From positions 1,056,001 to 1,120,000 of the forward strand of contig CAWAHW010000002.1 of the NCBI GenBank assembly GCA_963781885.1: 64,000 bases of DNA, read 5' to 3'. This document shows positions 41,267 through 51,130 of the stretch, in pieces. This stretch comes from an uncultured Spirochaetota bacterium (GTDB taxonomy: Bacteria; Spirochaetota; Spirochaetia; SZUA-6; Fen-1364). The position numbers and the translations under genes were made by a program. A model generated the notes under the pieces. That model ran no database searches and was not told the origin of the DNA. It saw only the letters and a program-made list of their open reading frames with translations. The stretch's first letter is position 1. Every line of letters begins with the position of its first letter.

Positions 41267-41455
41267 TGGCGGCGAATGCCATGGAGTACCGTGGCGGCAA
41301 ATGCCACGGAGTACCGTGGCGGCGAATGCCACGGGGTACCGTGGCGGCGAATGCCGCGGGGTACCGTGGCGGCGAATGCCGCGGGGTACCGTGGCGGCGA
41401 ATGCCACGGGGTACCGTGGCGGCGAATGCCACGGGGTACCGTGGCGGCGAATGCC
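41267..41455. repeat. 25-bp tandem repeat, 7 full copies plus a 14-nt partial, each forming a hairpin
   Basis: Unit TGGCGGCGAATGCCACGGGGTACCG; GCCACGG-GGTA-CCGTGGC palindrome across the unit boundary; no spacers. Confidence 0.95.
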
Positions 41456-41460
41456 CCATG

Positions 41461-41489
41461 TTGACATCTCCGGCGGGTGCAGATAGGCT
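41461..41489 (+). promoter_or_regulatory. sigma70 promoter for bactofilin-TPR-mtaB
   Basis: TTGACA, 17-nt spacer, TAGGCT. Confidence 0.6.
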
Positions 41490-41523
41490 AGCAGCCTGAC
41501 CATACCGATGAGGGAGCGCAAGA

Positions 41524-42132
41524 ATGGCTGAGGTACGAATCAAGGACATCGACGAGCACGAGATCGACACGATCCTGGCCGAAGACATCGATTTCGAGGG
41601 GCATCTCACATTCAAGAAGCCGCTCATGATCAAGGGAAAGTTCAAGGGTGAGATCAAGTCCAGCAGCTCCCTGTACATCGGGGAGAAAGCGTACGTCGAA
41701 GCCACCACGGAGGCAGGCATCATTTCCTCCAAGGGGCGGCACAAGGGCGACATCCAGGGCCATTCGCGCGTCGAGCTTTTCTCCACGGCGCAGGTGGACG
41801 GCGACATCACGACGCCCGATTTCATCATGGAAAGCGGCTGCAAGTTCAACGGATTTTGCAATATGACCGGGGCGCCGCACGCCAGCGCCGGAAAGAACGC
41901 CGCGGCGGGGCAGACGCAGCCCGCGGCGGCTGTGCCCACGGGGCAGGCGGCCGTGCAGAATCACCAGGCCGTTCCGCAGCGCGCGGCGCCGGCCGCTGCG
42001 TCCCAGCCCCCGAGCCCGCCGCAGGGTCAGCCCGCGTCAGCCCCGGCTCCGCAGGGCCCGCAAACCTCGCAGGGCCAGCAGGCCCCGCTCAATCAACAGA
42101 AGCCGCAGGGTCAGGGAGGCGGGCAGAGATGA
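41524..42132 (+). CDS. Bactofilin with Pro/Gln/Ala-rich C-terminal tail
   Basis: DTILAEDIDFEG, IKGKFKGEI, VDGDITTPDFIMESGCKFNG. Confidence 0.88.
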   Translation: MAEVRIKDIDEHEIDTILAEDIDFEGHLTFKKPLMIKGKFKGEIKSSSSLYIGEKAYVEATTEAGIISSKGRHKGDIQGHSRVELFSTAQVDGDITTPDFIMESGCKFNGFCNMTGAPHASAGKNAAAGQTQPAAAVPTGQAAVQNHQAVPQRAAPAAASQPPSPPQGQPASAPAPQGPQTSQGQQAPLNQQKPQGQGGGQR

Positions 42133-42761
42133 GGCCTTTTTCCATCGCGGTTGCCGGCCTGCTCCTGGCCTTCACGATTGCGCCGGTCTTTGCGCAGGAC
42201 AAGCCGGATGCGCTGGAGCTCTACCGCGACTCCCGCTTCGCCGATGCGATCAAGGTGTGCCAGCAGGAAATCGCCGTCACCCCGAACAACATCGACTCGT
42301 ACGTCGTGATGGGGTGGAGCCTCCTCCGCCTCCAGCAATATGATGGTGCGCTTGCGGCGGGGCAGAAGGCAGTTGCCATCAGCTCCAATGACCCGCGGAT
42401 CATCCAGATCGTCGGGGAAGCGGACGTGTTCCTGGGCAAGATCGACGACGCCCTGCAGAATCTCCAGACCTACGTGGCGCTGCGGCCGAACGGCGACAGG
42501 ATCGCGCGCGTCTATTGGCTCATGGGCGAATGCTTCATCAAGCTGAAGGAATTCCAGAACGCGGACATCTCCCTCTCAACCGCCGTCTACTACGAACAGA
42601 ACAATTCCGTGTGGTGGGCCCGTCTTGGCTACGCGCGCGAGCTTGCGAATGACCTCACCTGGGCGGGAGACGCATACGACCACGCCTTGAAGCTGGACCC
42701 CGGGCTGGTGGATGCCCAGCGCGGCAGGGACAGTGTCAACAAGAAGCTCAAGGGCGGCTGA
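42129..42761 (+). CDS. Exported TPR-repeat protein
   Basis: Signal peptide; several TPR-like helical pairs ending LDP/RP. Confidence 0.82.
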   Translation: MRPFSIAVAGLLLAFTIAPVFAQDKPDALELYRDSRFADAIKVCQQEIAVTPNNIDSYVVMGWSLLRLQQYDGALAAGQKAVAISSNDPRIIQIVGEADVFLGKIDDALQNLQTYVALRPNGDRIARVYWLMGECFIKLKEFQNADISLSTAVYYEQNNSVWWARLGYARELANDLTWAGDAYDHALKLDPGLVDAQRGRDSVNKKLKGG

Positions 42762-44098
42762 TCCGGCAGGCGACTGCCGCGCGGGCGGCCTGCGGGTCGG
42801 TTTCCATACATTCGGCTGCAAGCTCAACCAGGTCGAGACCGAAGCGCTCGCCTCCTCGTTCCAGAGCCAGGGGCTCTCCGTCGTATCGGCGGAGGAAGAG
42901 GCCGACGCATACATCGTCAACACGTGCACCGTGACGGGCCGCGCGGATCACAAGGCGCGCGCCTTCGTCCGCGGCCTCGCGCGGAACAGACCGCAGGCGC
43001 TCCTGCTCGTGACGGGGTGCTCCGCGCAGCTTGAAGCCGCCTCCCTCGCGGCGATCGCGCCGAACATCGTCGTCGTGCCACAGGCGGAGAAGGCGAGGCT
43101 CCTGGACCTGCCGGGCAATCCTTCGGTCCGAAAAAGGCATCCCGAGCGCCGCGAGGGCAGGTGAAGCGCTCCATCGCGGCCCCGCGGCGGATTCATTCGC
43201 CCTTGACGCGAAAGGGCTCGCATTCCATACCCGCGCTTTCCTGAAGGTGCAGGACGGCTGCGATGCCTGGTGCTCCTATTGCCGGGTGCCTGCCGCGCGC
43301 GGACCCTCCCGAAGCCTCGCGATGGCAGAGGTCGTCGCGCGCGCCGCGGCGCTGGAATCAACCGGACACCGCGAGATCGTGATCACGGGCGTCAACATTT
43401 CCGCCTGGGAGGAAGGAACCTTCCGGTTGCCCGATCTCTTGCGTTCCATCCTGGAGGCGACGCGGAAAGCCCGCATCCGCCTTTCCTCGATCGAGCCGGA
43501 TGCCATCACCCCGGAGCTCGGCAGCGTGCTTGGGCACGAGCGCCTCTGCCCGCACTTCCACCTCCCCGTCCAATCCGGTTCCAACGCGATACTGGGGGCG
43601 ATGAAGCGCCGCTACACCATCGAGCGGGTCGCCGAGGCCGTTTCGCTTCTGCGCGCGGTCAGGGATGACCCGTTCATTGCCGCCGACCTCATCGTGGGCT
43701 TCCCGGGAGAAACGGTGGAGGATTTCGACGCGACCCGACGCGCCGTTGACGTGCTTCAGTTTTCCGCCCTGCACACGTTTCCTTTCTCCGCGCGGCCCGG
43801 CACGGCGGCGGCGACGCTCCGCCCGATGGTGCCGGAGCGCGTTCGCTACCAGAGGGCGCGCGAGCTTGCCTCCGTGTCCCGCCTCCACGGCATCGCCTAT
43901 GCGCGCGCATGGATCGGCAGGGAAGTGGACGTGCTTTTCGAAGAAGGCGTGGAAGGGCGTCTGCTGGGCACGTCCGGAAATTACCTCAAGGTTGCCGTTG
44001 AGGGAGCGCCGCGCGGCGCGGTGGGAAGGCTCGCGCAGGTGGAGATCTCGGCCGCGGAGCCATCGTGTCAGGGCGTTTTTCTCACGTTGCGAACGTAA
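42733..44098 (+). CDS. mtaB: tRNA t6A37 methylthiotransferase (frameshift ~43113; start uncertain)
   Basis: TFGCKLNQVE, NTCTVT, VTGC; then RAFLKVQDGCDAWCSYC radical-SAM motif in the next frame. Confidence 0.88.
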
Positions 44099-44193
44099 AC
44101 TCTGGTATTCACACCGGTTTTGAGCTATAATTTTATTCGATTCTTCGGAGACGGAAAGCTGTCAGCGCGGCGTTCCATTGTCGGAGGTGGTCA

Positions 44194-45018
44194 ATGTCAC
44201 GGATGAAAGCACTCGTGCTTTTCATCACGATCGCGGTCGTGCTGTCGGGATGCTCGGCCTTTTTCACTTTCAACGCTTTCTCGGGATTCTCCACGCCTCC
44301 CACCCCCGTGGCCGCCGACTACGAAGGATCGGGTGGCTTGGACAAGCTGCAGACGGACCTTGCCTCGCCCGCATTCGTCGCCGCGCTGACAGGCTCGCCC
44401 GTTGCCGGCCAGATCGAAACCTACCTGTACAGCCAGTTCTCCAGCGGCGTCGTCTCCGATGACCAGAAGCAGGCGGCAATCCTCTATGCCGACGTGTATC
44501 TGCAGACCACACAGGGTGAAGCGCTCGTGAACAATGTCGTTTCCACGCTCGTGAACGGGGTGTCGGGATCGTCCACCATCCATGACCTGCTGGCCGCCAT
44601 CATTCCCACCTCTGCACTTGACGATCCCACGGTTTTCTCGACCATGGTGGATGCTCTTCTCCAATCCTGGGCTGCGTATAATGACCTGGGCGCGGGCATC
44701 GACCGCAACAGCAATGGCGTCCTCGATGCCGGTGAAGGCGTTCCCCCGGGGACCAACATGGGTGACGTCGCGCAGAAAGCCGGCGTGGCCTGGTCGGTGC
44801 AGGTCATCTACAACGCAATCTCGGGGGCCTCTTCTGGCCCTTACACGGCGGCCCAGGTTGTCGACCAGATGTACAAGCTTGCAAAGGACCCGACCACCGC
44901 GGATCCCCCGGTCCAGACGCTCACGCCCACGCCCTATACCGACGATGGGAGCGCAGGCTTCCGCGACCTGAAGATTCTCTTCCTCTGCGCCGGAATACCG
45001 ATGCCGACAACAACATGA
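44194..45018 (+). CDS. Lipoprotein of unknown function
   Basis: Lipobox LSGC; EF-hand-like DRNSNGVLDAGE; ATGA-coupled to the next gene. Confidence 0.8.
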   Translation: MSRMKALVLFITIAVVLSGCSAFFTFNAFSGFSTPPTPVAADYEGSGGLDKLQTDLASPAFVAALTGSPVAGQIETYLYSQFSSGVVSDDQKQAAILYADVYLQTTQGEALVNNVVSTLVNGVSGSSTIHDLLAAIIPTSALDDPTVFSTMVDALLQSWAAYNDLGAGIDRNSNGVLDAGEGVPPGTNMGDVAQKAGVAWSVQVIYNAISGASSGPYTAAQVVDQMYKLAKDPTTADPPVQTLTPTPYTDDGSAGFRDLKILFLCAGIPMPTTT

Positions 45019-46199
45019 AGAGAATATTTGCACTTTCCACGCTGATCCTTACCCTCGCCGCGGGGACTGGCTTTGCCGCCGCCTATACAGAGCAGCCCTT
45101 TGTGCCCGAAAGCCCGGACGTGATGGGGAGCGGCGGCTCGATCATCGCGGATGTGAGCGGCTACAACTCTTTCTTCTACAACCCGGCCGGCTTTTCCCGT
45201 GACAACGGCTCCTTCACGCTGGCCTCCACCGAAGCATGGATCACGTCGCGCCCGGACCTGCTCCTGGGCCTGGGTCAGCAGCTCATTGCCGGTACGGCAA
45301 CCCCTACCGACATCATCAACTTCATGAGTGGACAAGTTACCACCAGCGGGGTTGGGGTCGGTGGGGAAACGGGCATCGGCTATGTCGGCAACGGCCTCGG
45401 CTTGGGCGCCGTCATCATTGTGAACTCGCTGCTGAGCGGCCCGACGCTCCTGGGAATGAGCGGCGATCTCACGGCCACCGTCGGTTTCATCGGCGGCTTG
45501 GCGGTTCCCTTCGAGCTTGGAGGCGTGAAGATCAACATCGGAGGCGCCGTGCGCCCGATGATCCGCGTCCACGTGCCCGTGGACAGCGCCGTGGCATTCG
45601 GCGTGCTCACGACGCTCGCCACGAACGGGAATCTTTTCACCGCCTTGAACTCAGCCAGCGCCCTCTATGGCGTCGGCATCGGGCTGGATGCCGGGGCGAC
45701 CGCGGAGCTGGGATGGTTCGCGCTGGGTCTCTCCGTCCGCGATCTTGGCGGGACCCAATTCCGCTACACGTCCAACACCTTCGGCACGCTGTGGGGAACG
45801 CTCTCGTCGAACCTTGAGTTTCCCACGACGGGCACGGCCGTCACCGCCGACACCTATACCATCCCGATGGACATCGCGGTGGGTCTTACGCTGCACCCCG
45901 ACCTTGGCGCGTTCAACAATATTCTCGACCCCTCGATCAGCGTCGATCTGCACGATCTTGTGGGCGTCCTGGATGGCTCGGCTTCGATCTGGACGCTCCT
46001 TCACGCCGGGGCGGAGCTCCGGCTGCTCTCCATTTTTACGCTCCGCGGCGGCATCAACCAGGGCTATCTCACCGTCGGCGCCGGGGTGAAGCTCTTCTTC
46101 CTCGACCTGAACTTTGCCCTCTATACCAACGAACTGGGCGCGTACATCGGCGACAAACCCAGCGCGGGGGCGTCGCTGGAGGCGTCGATCCGCTGGTAG
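45015..46199 (+). CDS. Outer-membrane beta-barrel, FadL/PorV/TraF-like
   Basis: Signal peptide; MGSGG...FFYNPAGF hatch motif; alternating beta strands; C-terminal Trp. Confidence 0.72.
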   Translation: MKRIFALSTLILTLAAGTGFAAAYTEQPFVPESPDVMGSGGSIIADVSGYNSFFYNPAGFSRDNGSFTLASTEAWITSRPDLLLGLGQQLIAGTATPTDIINFMSGQVTTSGVGVGGETGIGYVGNGLGLGAVIIVNSLLSGPTLLGMSGDLTATVGFIGGLAVPFELGGVKINIGGAVRPMIRVHVPVDSAVAFGVLTTLATNGNLFTALNSASALYGVGIGLDAGATAELGWFALGLSVRDLGGTQFRYTSNTFGTLWGTLSSNLEFPTTGTAVTADTYTIPMDIAVGLTLHPDLGAFNNILDPSISVDLHDLVGVLDGSASIWTLLHAGAELRLLSIFTLRGGINQGYLTVGAGVKLFFLDLNFALYTNELGAYIGDKPSAGASLEASIRW

Positions 46200-46271
46200 G
46201 GGCAGGGGGGACGGGTTCCTCACTCGTGCAATTCGTGCTAAGATTCTGAGGACACGGAGGTGGGAGAATCC

Positions 46272-46952
46272 ATGAAGATGAATGCCCGGCACGGGCGGAC
46301 GATTCCTGGCCTCGCGGCGCTCGCTGCCCTCGTTGTGATCCTGGCATGTCTTGGCGGCTGCCAGGCGATATTCACCTATAGCCCGCTCACGGCGCTGCAA
46401 CGCTCTCCTGCCAGTCTCCCGCCCGCGCAGCAGCTTGAATATGCACAGAATGCGTTGGCAAGCGGTGACAAGACTGCCATGACCGCCGCCCTGGCGGTCA
46501 TCAAGAACGACCCCAGCCCCGCGGCGCAGTACACGGCCGCGCAGCTTGGCATCGAGGTGTCCGGTGTCCCGGATCTCCTCCTGCAGGCGGTGGACGGCGA
46601 CACGAGCGCCATATCGAGTGCAGCGTCCATCGACAGTTACCTGGCCGTGCACCCTGAAATACAGCCCGACTACCTGATCGATGCCGCGAATCGGGTCGCC
46701 GCCCTTTCAACCTCCGATCCCACGGCGCTGCAGCCGATGGACTATGTTTACGGCGCGCTGGGGCTCGCGCTGGACGCGGCGAAACGGCCGGATGGGACTT
46801 TCAATGTATCTTCAATTCCCGCCCCTGTTGCGAGCCCACCCAACGCGACATTCACCGCACAGCAGTTCATCCTTCTGGCCAGCACAACACTGCCGGCGGG
46901 CGATCCCACGCAGGCCTTCCTGACCGCATTCAGCGGCTTACCGAACCTGTGA
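46272..46952 (+). CDS. Lipoprotein of unknown function
   Basis: Lipobox LGGC; TGATG-coupled to the next gene. Confidence 0.8.
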   Translation: MKMNARHGRTIPGLAALAALVVILACLGGCQAIFTYSPLTALQRSPASLPPAQQLEYAQNALASGDKTAMTAALAVIKNDPSPAAQYTAAQLGIEVSGVPDLLLQAVDGDTSAISSAASIDSYLAVHPEIQPDYLIDAANRVAALSTSDPTALQPMDYVYGALGLALDAAKRPDGTFNVSSIPAPVASPPNATFTAQQFILLASTTLPAGDPTQAFLTAFSGLPNL

Positions 46953-48133
46953 TGCACAACCGTCGCGGTATCTGTTGCATTCTCCTGCTCGCGGCATTGG
47001 CGGTCGGTGCCGGTGCGCAGGACCTCCAGATCGATCAGCCCGCGTATCCCTCGGCGCGCCTGAGCGCGCTGGGCGGGGACCATGTCGCCCTGGCGGATGA
47101 CGTGAATACGCTTTTTGACAACCCCGCGGGATTCCAGGCGGCAGGGCCCCAGTTCACGTTCGCCGAGCTCACGACGAATCTTAGCGGACCGATTTTCAGC
47201 ATCGCCGACCTGGTGATCAAGATCGTCAATGGCACGAACCCCATGACCCTTATCACCGACCCGACGGTGCAGTCGCTTCTCACCAGTCTCTACACCTCCG
47301 TCACTCTCAACGGCCCGCTCGCGTTCGGTTACGTCGGCAACGGCCTCGGCTTCGGGTTTTTCAATTCCTCCGGGCTCACCTTCTCCACGGTCGGGACCAT
47401 ACCGACCATCACGGCCGGGGTCGGGGAGGACCTCCAGTTCATCGGAGGCTATGCATTCCGCATCCCTCTTCCCGCATCCACGAAGAGCACCTTGGATGTC
47501 GGTCTCTCCGTGCGGGCATTCGCCCAGGGGGACGTGACGCTTTCCGAATCCATCGTTTCTTTTTTCTCCCTGCTCAGCAGCTTTTCTTCGAGCTTCCTCA
47601 CCAACCAGCCGTTCAATCTCGACGTGGGCTTCAGCGTGGACAGCGGAATCCGCTACTCGTGGAATGACATCATCAGCGTGGGAATCGTCGGCCGCAACCT
47701 CTACGCGCCCGTGATGAGAAACGCATATGCCACCCTCACGGCCTTCACCACAGGGGCGTCGCCGACGGTGTCGTACGGAACTCTTCCCATCGACTTGTCC
47801 GGCGGTCTTCTGTTCTCGCCGCGCCTGGGTGCGCTTGAAGCCTACATGACGGGCCTCAAGGTGATGCTCGATTATTCTGACATACTGGATTTTCTCACGC
47901 ATGCTGCCACGGCGACAAACCCGGTTCTCCACATCGGCCTCGGCGTCGAGGCGGTGCTGCTGAAGGTGCTCGCCCTGCGCGCGGGCTTCGGTGACGGCTA
48001 TTTCTCGGCGGGGCTCGGCATCGACCTCACGGCATTCAAGTTCAACGTCACGATGTACGGCAGCGAGCTTTCCACGGAGCCGGGTCTTCGCCCGGCCTAC
48101 AACCTGCTCGCCGGTCTCGAGTTCCGCTACTGA
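46952..48133 (+). CDS. Outer-membrane beta-barrel, paralog of 45015-46199
   Basis: SARLSALGG...ADD...NPAGF; shared GYVGNGLG; C-terminal LEFRY. Confidence 0.75.
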   Translation: MHNRRGICCILLLAALAVGAGAQDLQIDQPAYPSARLSALGGDHVALADDVNTLFDNPAGFQAAGPQFTFAELTTNLSGPIFSIADLVIKIVNGTNPMTLITDPTVQSLLTSLYTSVTLNGPLAFGYVGNGLGFGFFNSSGLTFSTVGTIPTITAGVGEDLQFIGGYAFRIPLPASTKSTLDVGLSVRAFAQGDVTLSESIVSFFSLLSSFSSSFLTNQPFNLDVGFSVDSGIRYSWNDIISVGIVGRNLYAPVMRNAYATLTAFTTGASPTVSYGTLPIDLSGGLLFSPRLGALEAYMTGLKVMLDYSDILDFLTHAATATNPVLHIGLGVEAVLLKVLALRAGFGDGYFSAGLGIDLTAFKFNVTMYGSELSTEPGLRPAYNLLAGLEFRY

Positions 48134-48196
48134 CGGCATTTGCGCGCGGCCCGAATTGACAAAGGAAACGAGGGCGGGTAGAGTACGCCGTTGTTC

Positions 48197-48269
48197 GGGC
48201 CGCTAGCTCAGCTGGTAGAGCAACAGCCTTTTAAGCTGTGGGTCGCCAGTTCGACTCTGGCGCGGCTCA
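48197..48269 (+). tRNA. tRNA-Lys(TTT)
   Basis: Acceptor GGGCCGC/GCGGCTC; ACAGC-CT-TTT-AA-GCTGT; TTGACA-17-TAGAGT promoter at 48156. Confidence 0.93.
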
Positions 48270-48297
48270 TATCAAAACGTGGAAAGCCGGGAATGCC

Positions 48298-48325
48298 AAG
48301 CGCCCTGAGGGGGGCGCTTTTTTTC
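48298..48325 (+). terminator. Intrinsic terminator after tRNA-Lys
   Basis: AAGCGCCC...GGGCGCTT plus T tract. Confidence 0.75.
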
Positions 48326-48331
48326 GCGCGC

Positions 48332-49105
48332 TCACGCGTTGACTCCTGAAGCGAGCATTCCCCCGTCAACGGTCACGCACTGCCCGGTGATGAAGCTCGC
48401 CGCATCGGATGCCAGGAGCACCGCCGCGCCAACCAGCTCCTCCGGCCGACCGAATCGGTGCATCGGCGTCCGGAGGAGAATCTCGCGGCCGCGCTCCGTC
48501 CCCGACAGGAGCTTCTCATTCATGGCGGTGGGGAAAAAGCCCGGGGCAATCGCGTTCACGCAGATTCCATCGACGGCCCATTCGCAGGCGAGGCTTTGGG
48601 TGAGGGACAGGACTCCCGCCTTTGCCGCGCAGTAAGCCGCGACCTCGTGGAATGCGACGAAGGAGCCCAGCGACGCGAGATTGATGATCCGGCCCCTGCC
48701 GCTCGCTTTGAGGGGGGCATGGAAGCTCTGGCAGGCGCGCAGCACCCCCGTGAGGTCCGTGGACAAAAGCGCATCCCACTCCGTCTCCGTCACCTCGATG
48801 GTCGGCCGACGGAAGGTGTAGCCGGCGGCATTCACGAGTATGTCGATGCCGCCGAATCGCCGGACCGTCGCGTCCCGCAGGGAATCGATCGAGGCGCGCT
48901 GCGTGACGTCGACCGTCGCGCGGAAGGCTTCCGCGCCCAGAGCCTCGATCTCGCCACAGACCGCCTCCACGCGCTCGGAGCGGCGCCCTGACGGCACGAC
49001 GCGCGCGCCGTGACGGGCAAGACCGAGCGCGAGCTCCCTGCCCAGACCGGACGTGGCGCCGATGACGACCGCCGTCCTTCCGCGAATATCGAGGGTGTCA
49101 GGCAT
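48332..49105 (-). CDS. SDR oxidoreductase (sugar-acid dehydrogenase-like)
   Basis: GATSGLG, LVNAAG, YCAAK, VNAIAPGFF, VDGG. Confidence 0.88.
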   Translation of the reverse strand: MPDTLDIRGRTAVVIGATSGLGRELALGLARHGARVVPSGRRSERVEAVCGEIEALGAEAFRATVDVTQRASIDSLRDATVRRFGGIDILVNAAGYTFRRPTIEVTETEWDALLSTDLTGVLRACQSFHAPLKASGRGRIINLASLGSFVAFHEVAAYCAAKAGVLSLTQSLACEWAVDGICVNAIAPGFFPTAMNEKLLSGTERGREILLRTPMHRFGRPEELVGAAVLLASDAASFITGQCVTVDGGMLASGVNA

Positions 49106-50184
49106 CAGGCAGATCCTCCGAGCATCGTCAGCGCCGCCCGCATGAAACCGATGGCGTAGGCCATGCCCGCATGCCAGGAAGCGGCGCACTCGGGAAGCGG
49201 CGTGTGATCGGGGATGAGGACGCCGGAAAATCCCGCGTCGCGCAGAATCCTGAGGATGCGCGGCACGTCGATGTCGCCGTCGTCGATGAATGTCTCCCGG
49301 TAGCGGGGCATCCTGCCGCGTATGTTGCGCACGTGCACGTAGGCGAGCCTTCCCTGCCGCGCGTAGCGCTCGGTCGCCTGATACACGTCCCCGTCGGCCA
49401 TTTCCGCGATGGTGCCGATGCAGAACTCAAGCCCATTCGACCGGCTGGGATGCCTGTCGATCATCCTCTGATAGAGGTCCGGGCGATAGACGAGCCGCGG
49501 GGTGCCGCGAACGGAAGGCGCCGGCGGATCGTCGGGATGCAGGGCGAGAGTCACTCCCGCCTCTTCCGCCACCGGGAGAAGCTCGTCGAGAAAACGGTCA
49601 AGGCGGTCCCAGAGCTGTTCGGCGGAGACAGGCGCGAGCGTTCCGGCGGGCGCGGCGGGGTCAAAGATCATGTTCCAGACCATGCCGAGGGGAAGCGGCG
49701 TCTGATCCACTCCTTCGACGCCGACGGACGGGGCGCCGCCGCGCGCGAAGGGGCCCGCGACGCGCCCGGCAACCCCGGCGATGCTGAAATTGTAGCCCAG
49801 CACGGGTATGCCCGCCGCGCCGAGTTTCCGCACGAGGCCTTTCACGCCCTCCATCTGCCGGTCGCGCCGCGGCCCATCAAGCAGCACGTCGTACCAGAAG
49901 GCGGGGTCGATATTCTCTATCGCGTGGAGGACCAGCCCTTCGCTTTCCACGTCGCGACGCAGCGCGGCAAGGTCGTCGGCAGACCAGAGGACCTCCGGGT
50001 CGCCGGCAAGACCCCACCCGGCTTTCGTGCCTCCCACGGGCTGATTCGCGCCGACGGAGCCTTCGGGGGAGCCGCGCTCGTAGTCGACGAGGTGGGCCAC
50101 GACGTGCGTGCAGCCGATCTGGCGCGCGAAGCGATAGTTGGCCGCGGTGAGGAGCGGCTTGTAGAGCCCGATTCCGATGTTCAT
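49105..50184 (-). CDS. uxuA: Mannonate dehydratase (UxuA family)
   Basis: ALHPDDPP, NGLEFCIGT, VHVRN, ETFIDDGD, PDHTP. Confidence 0.85.
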   Translation of the reverse strand: MNIGIGLYKPLLTAANYRFARQIGCTHVVAHLVDYERGSPEGSVGANQPVGGTKAGWGLAGDPEVLWSADDLAALRRDVESEGLVLHAIENIDPAFWYDVLLDGPRRDRQMEGVKGLVRKLGAAGIPVLGYNFSIAGVAGRVAGPFARGGAPSVGVEGVDQTPLPLGMVWNMIFDPAAPAGTLAPVSAEQLWDRLDRFLDELLPVAEEAGVTLALHPDDPPAPSVRGTPRLVYRPDLYQRMIDRHPSRSNGLEFCIGTIAEMADGDVYQATERYARQGRLAYVHVRNIRGRMPRYRETFIDDGDIDVPRILRILRDAGFSGVLIPDHTPLPECAASWHAGMAYAIGFMRAALTMLGGSA

Positions 50185-50293
50185 GCAGACGTCGGCAAAT
50201 ATAGTACTGCCGTCGCCGGGCGTCCACATCAAGAGTTTGCATGCTCTCAACGAAGAGATTTTTCTTGACAACGGCCGCACGTGGCGTAGTATA

Positions 50294-50315
50294 ACTTCCA
50301 TACAAGTATGGAAGT
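50294..50315. promoter_or_regulatory. Perfect inverted repeat over the gntR start; probable operator
   Basis: ACTTCCATAC-AA-GTATGGAAGT, downstream of TTGACA (50265). Confidence 0.65.
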
Positions 50316-51120
50316 CTCCGGGGCGCAGATAGAAATCGTCGAGCAGGAAAAAGAGCAGTCGATACAACGATGGGTCTACCAGGTACTGCGAACGAACATC
50401 ATCAAGCTCACCCTCCGTCCCGCCCTGCCGATCAGCGAGAACGAAGTCTCGGACGCCCTCCACACCAGCCGCACGCCGGTGCGGGAGGCATTCATCCGCC
50501 TGGCGGAGGACGGGCTGGTGAAGATCACGCCGCAGAAGAGGACGGTCGTCTCCCTCATCAGCCTGCCGCAGGCCGAGGAGGCGCGCTTCATGCGGCGCGC
50601 AATCGAAAAGGCGGTGCTGAAGGAGGCCTCCGGCAGGCTGGGGGACGCCTTGAAGGCGGAGCTCCGCGCCAACATCGAGCAACAGCACATGTGCCGCAAG
50701 GCGCGCGCCTATGAGCAGATGCTGCGGCTCGACAATGAGTTCCACGCAGGTTTTTTTCGCGGCTGCGGGAAGGAAAGGAGCTGGCTGTACATCCAGAAGC
50801 TCGATTCAAACTACGAAAGGCTGCGCACCCTCGCGCTTCCCCGGACTATCGGGGACGTCATCACCCAACACCAGAAGATACTCGATGCGGTCGCGCAGGG
50901 ACGCATCGAGAGCATCGATGCGCTCGTGGACGAGCACATGAGCGCGGCAGCGATCGATCGGGTTATCCGGGAATGCCCCCCCGGGTATTTCGAAGGAGCC
51001 CCCGCCCCCGGGGGGGCCGCGGCGGAGAAGGGGGGACGGGACGCCTCGGCGGATGGGAAAAAAAAGAAAGGAGGGAAGGCACGCACGCAACAGGCTCGGC
51101 TCGGAACGAAACATACATGA
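50308..51120 (+). CDS. GntR family (FCD) regulator
   Basis: ISENEVS...SRTPVREAFIRL; LDNEFH. Confidence 0.9.
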   Translation: MEVSGAQIEIVEQEKEQSIQRWVYQVLRTNIIKLTLRPALPISENEVSDALHTSRTPVREAFIRLAEDGLVKITPQKRTVVSLISLPQAEEARFMRRAIEKAVLKEASGRLGDALKAELRANIEQQHMCRKARAYEQMLRLDNEFHAGFFRGCGKERSWLYIQKLDSNYERLRTLALPRTIGDVITQHQKILDAVAQGRIESIDALVDEHMSAAAIDRVIRECPPGYFEGAPAPGGAAAEKGGRDASADGKKKKGGKARTQQARLGTKHT

Positions 51121-51130
51121 GGAGGACTTT

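Noticed and set aside
41267-41455. CRISPR array
   Set aside because: Units are contiguous with no unique spacers and no cas genes are present in the window
49105-50745. 546-aa ORF as an extended UxuA
   Set aside because: The N-terminal 187 aa are antisense to gntR or intergenic; homology starts at Met 50184
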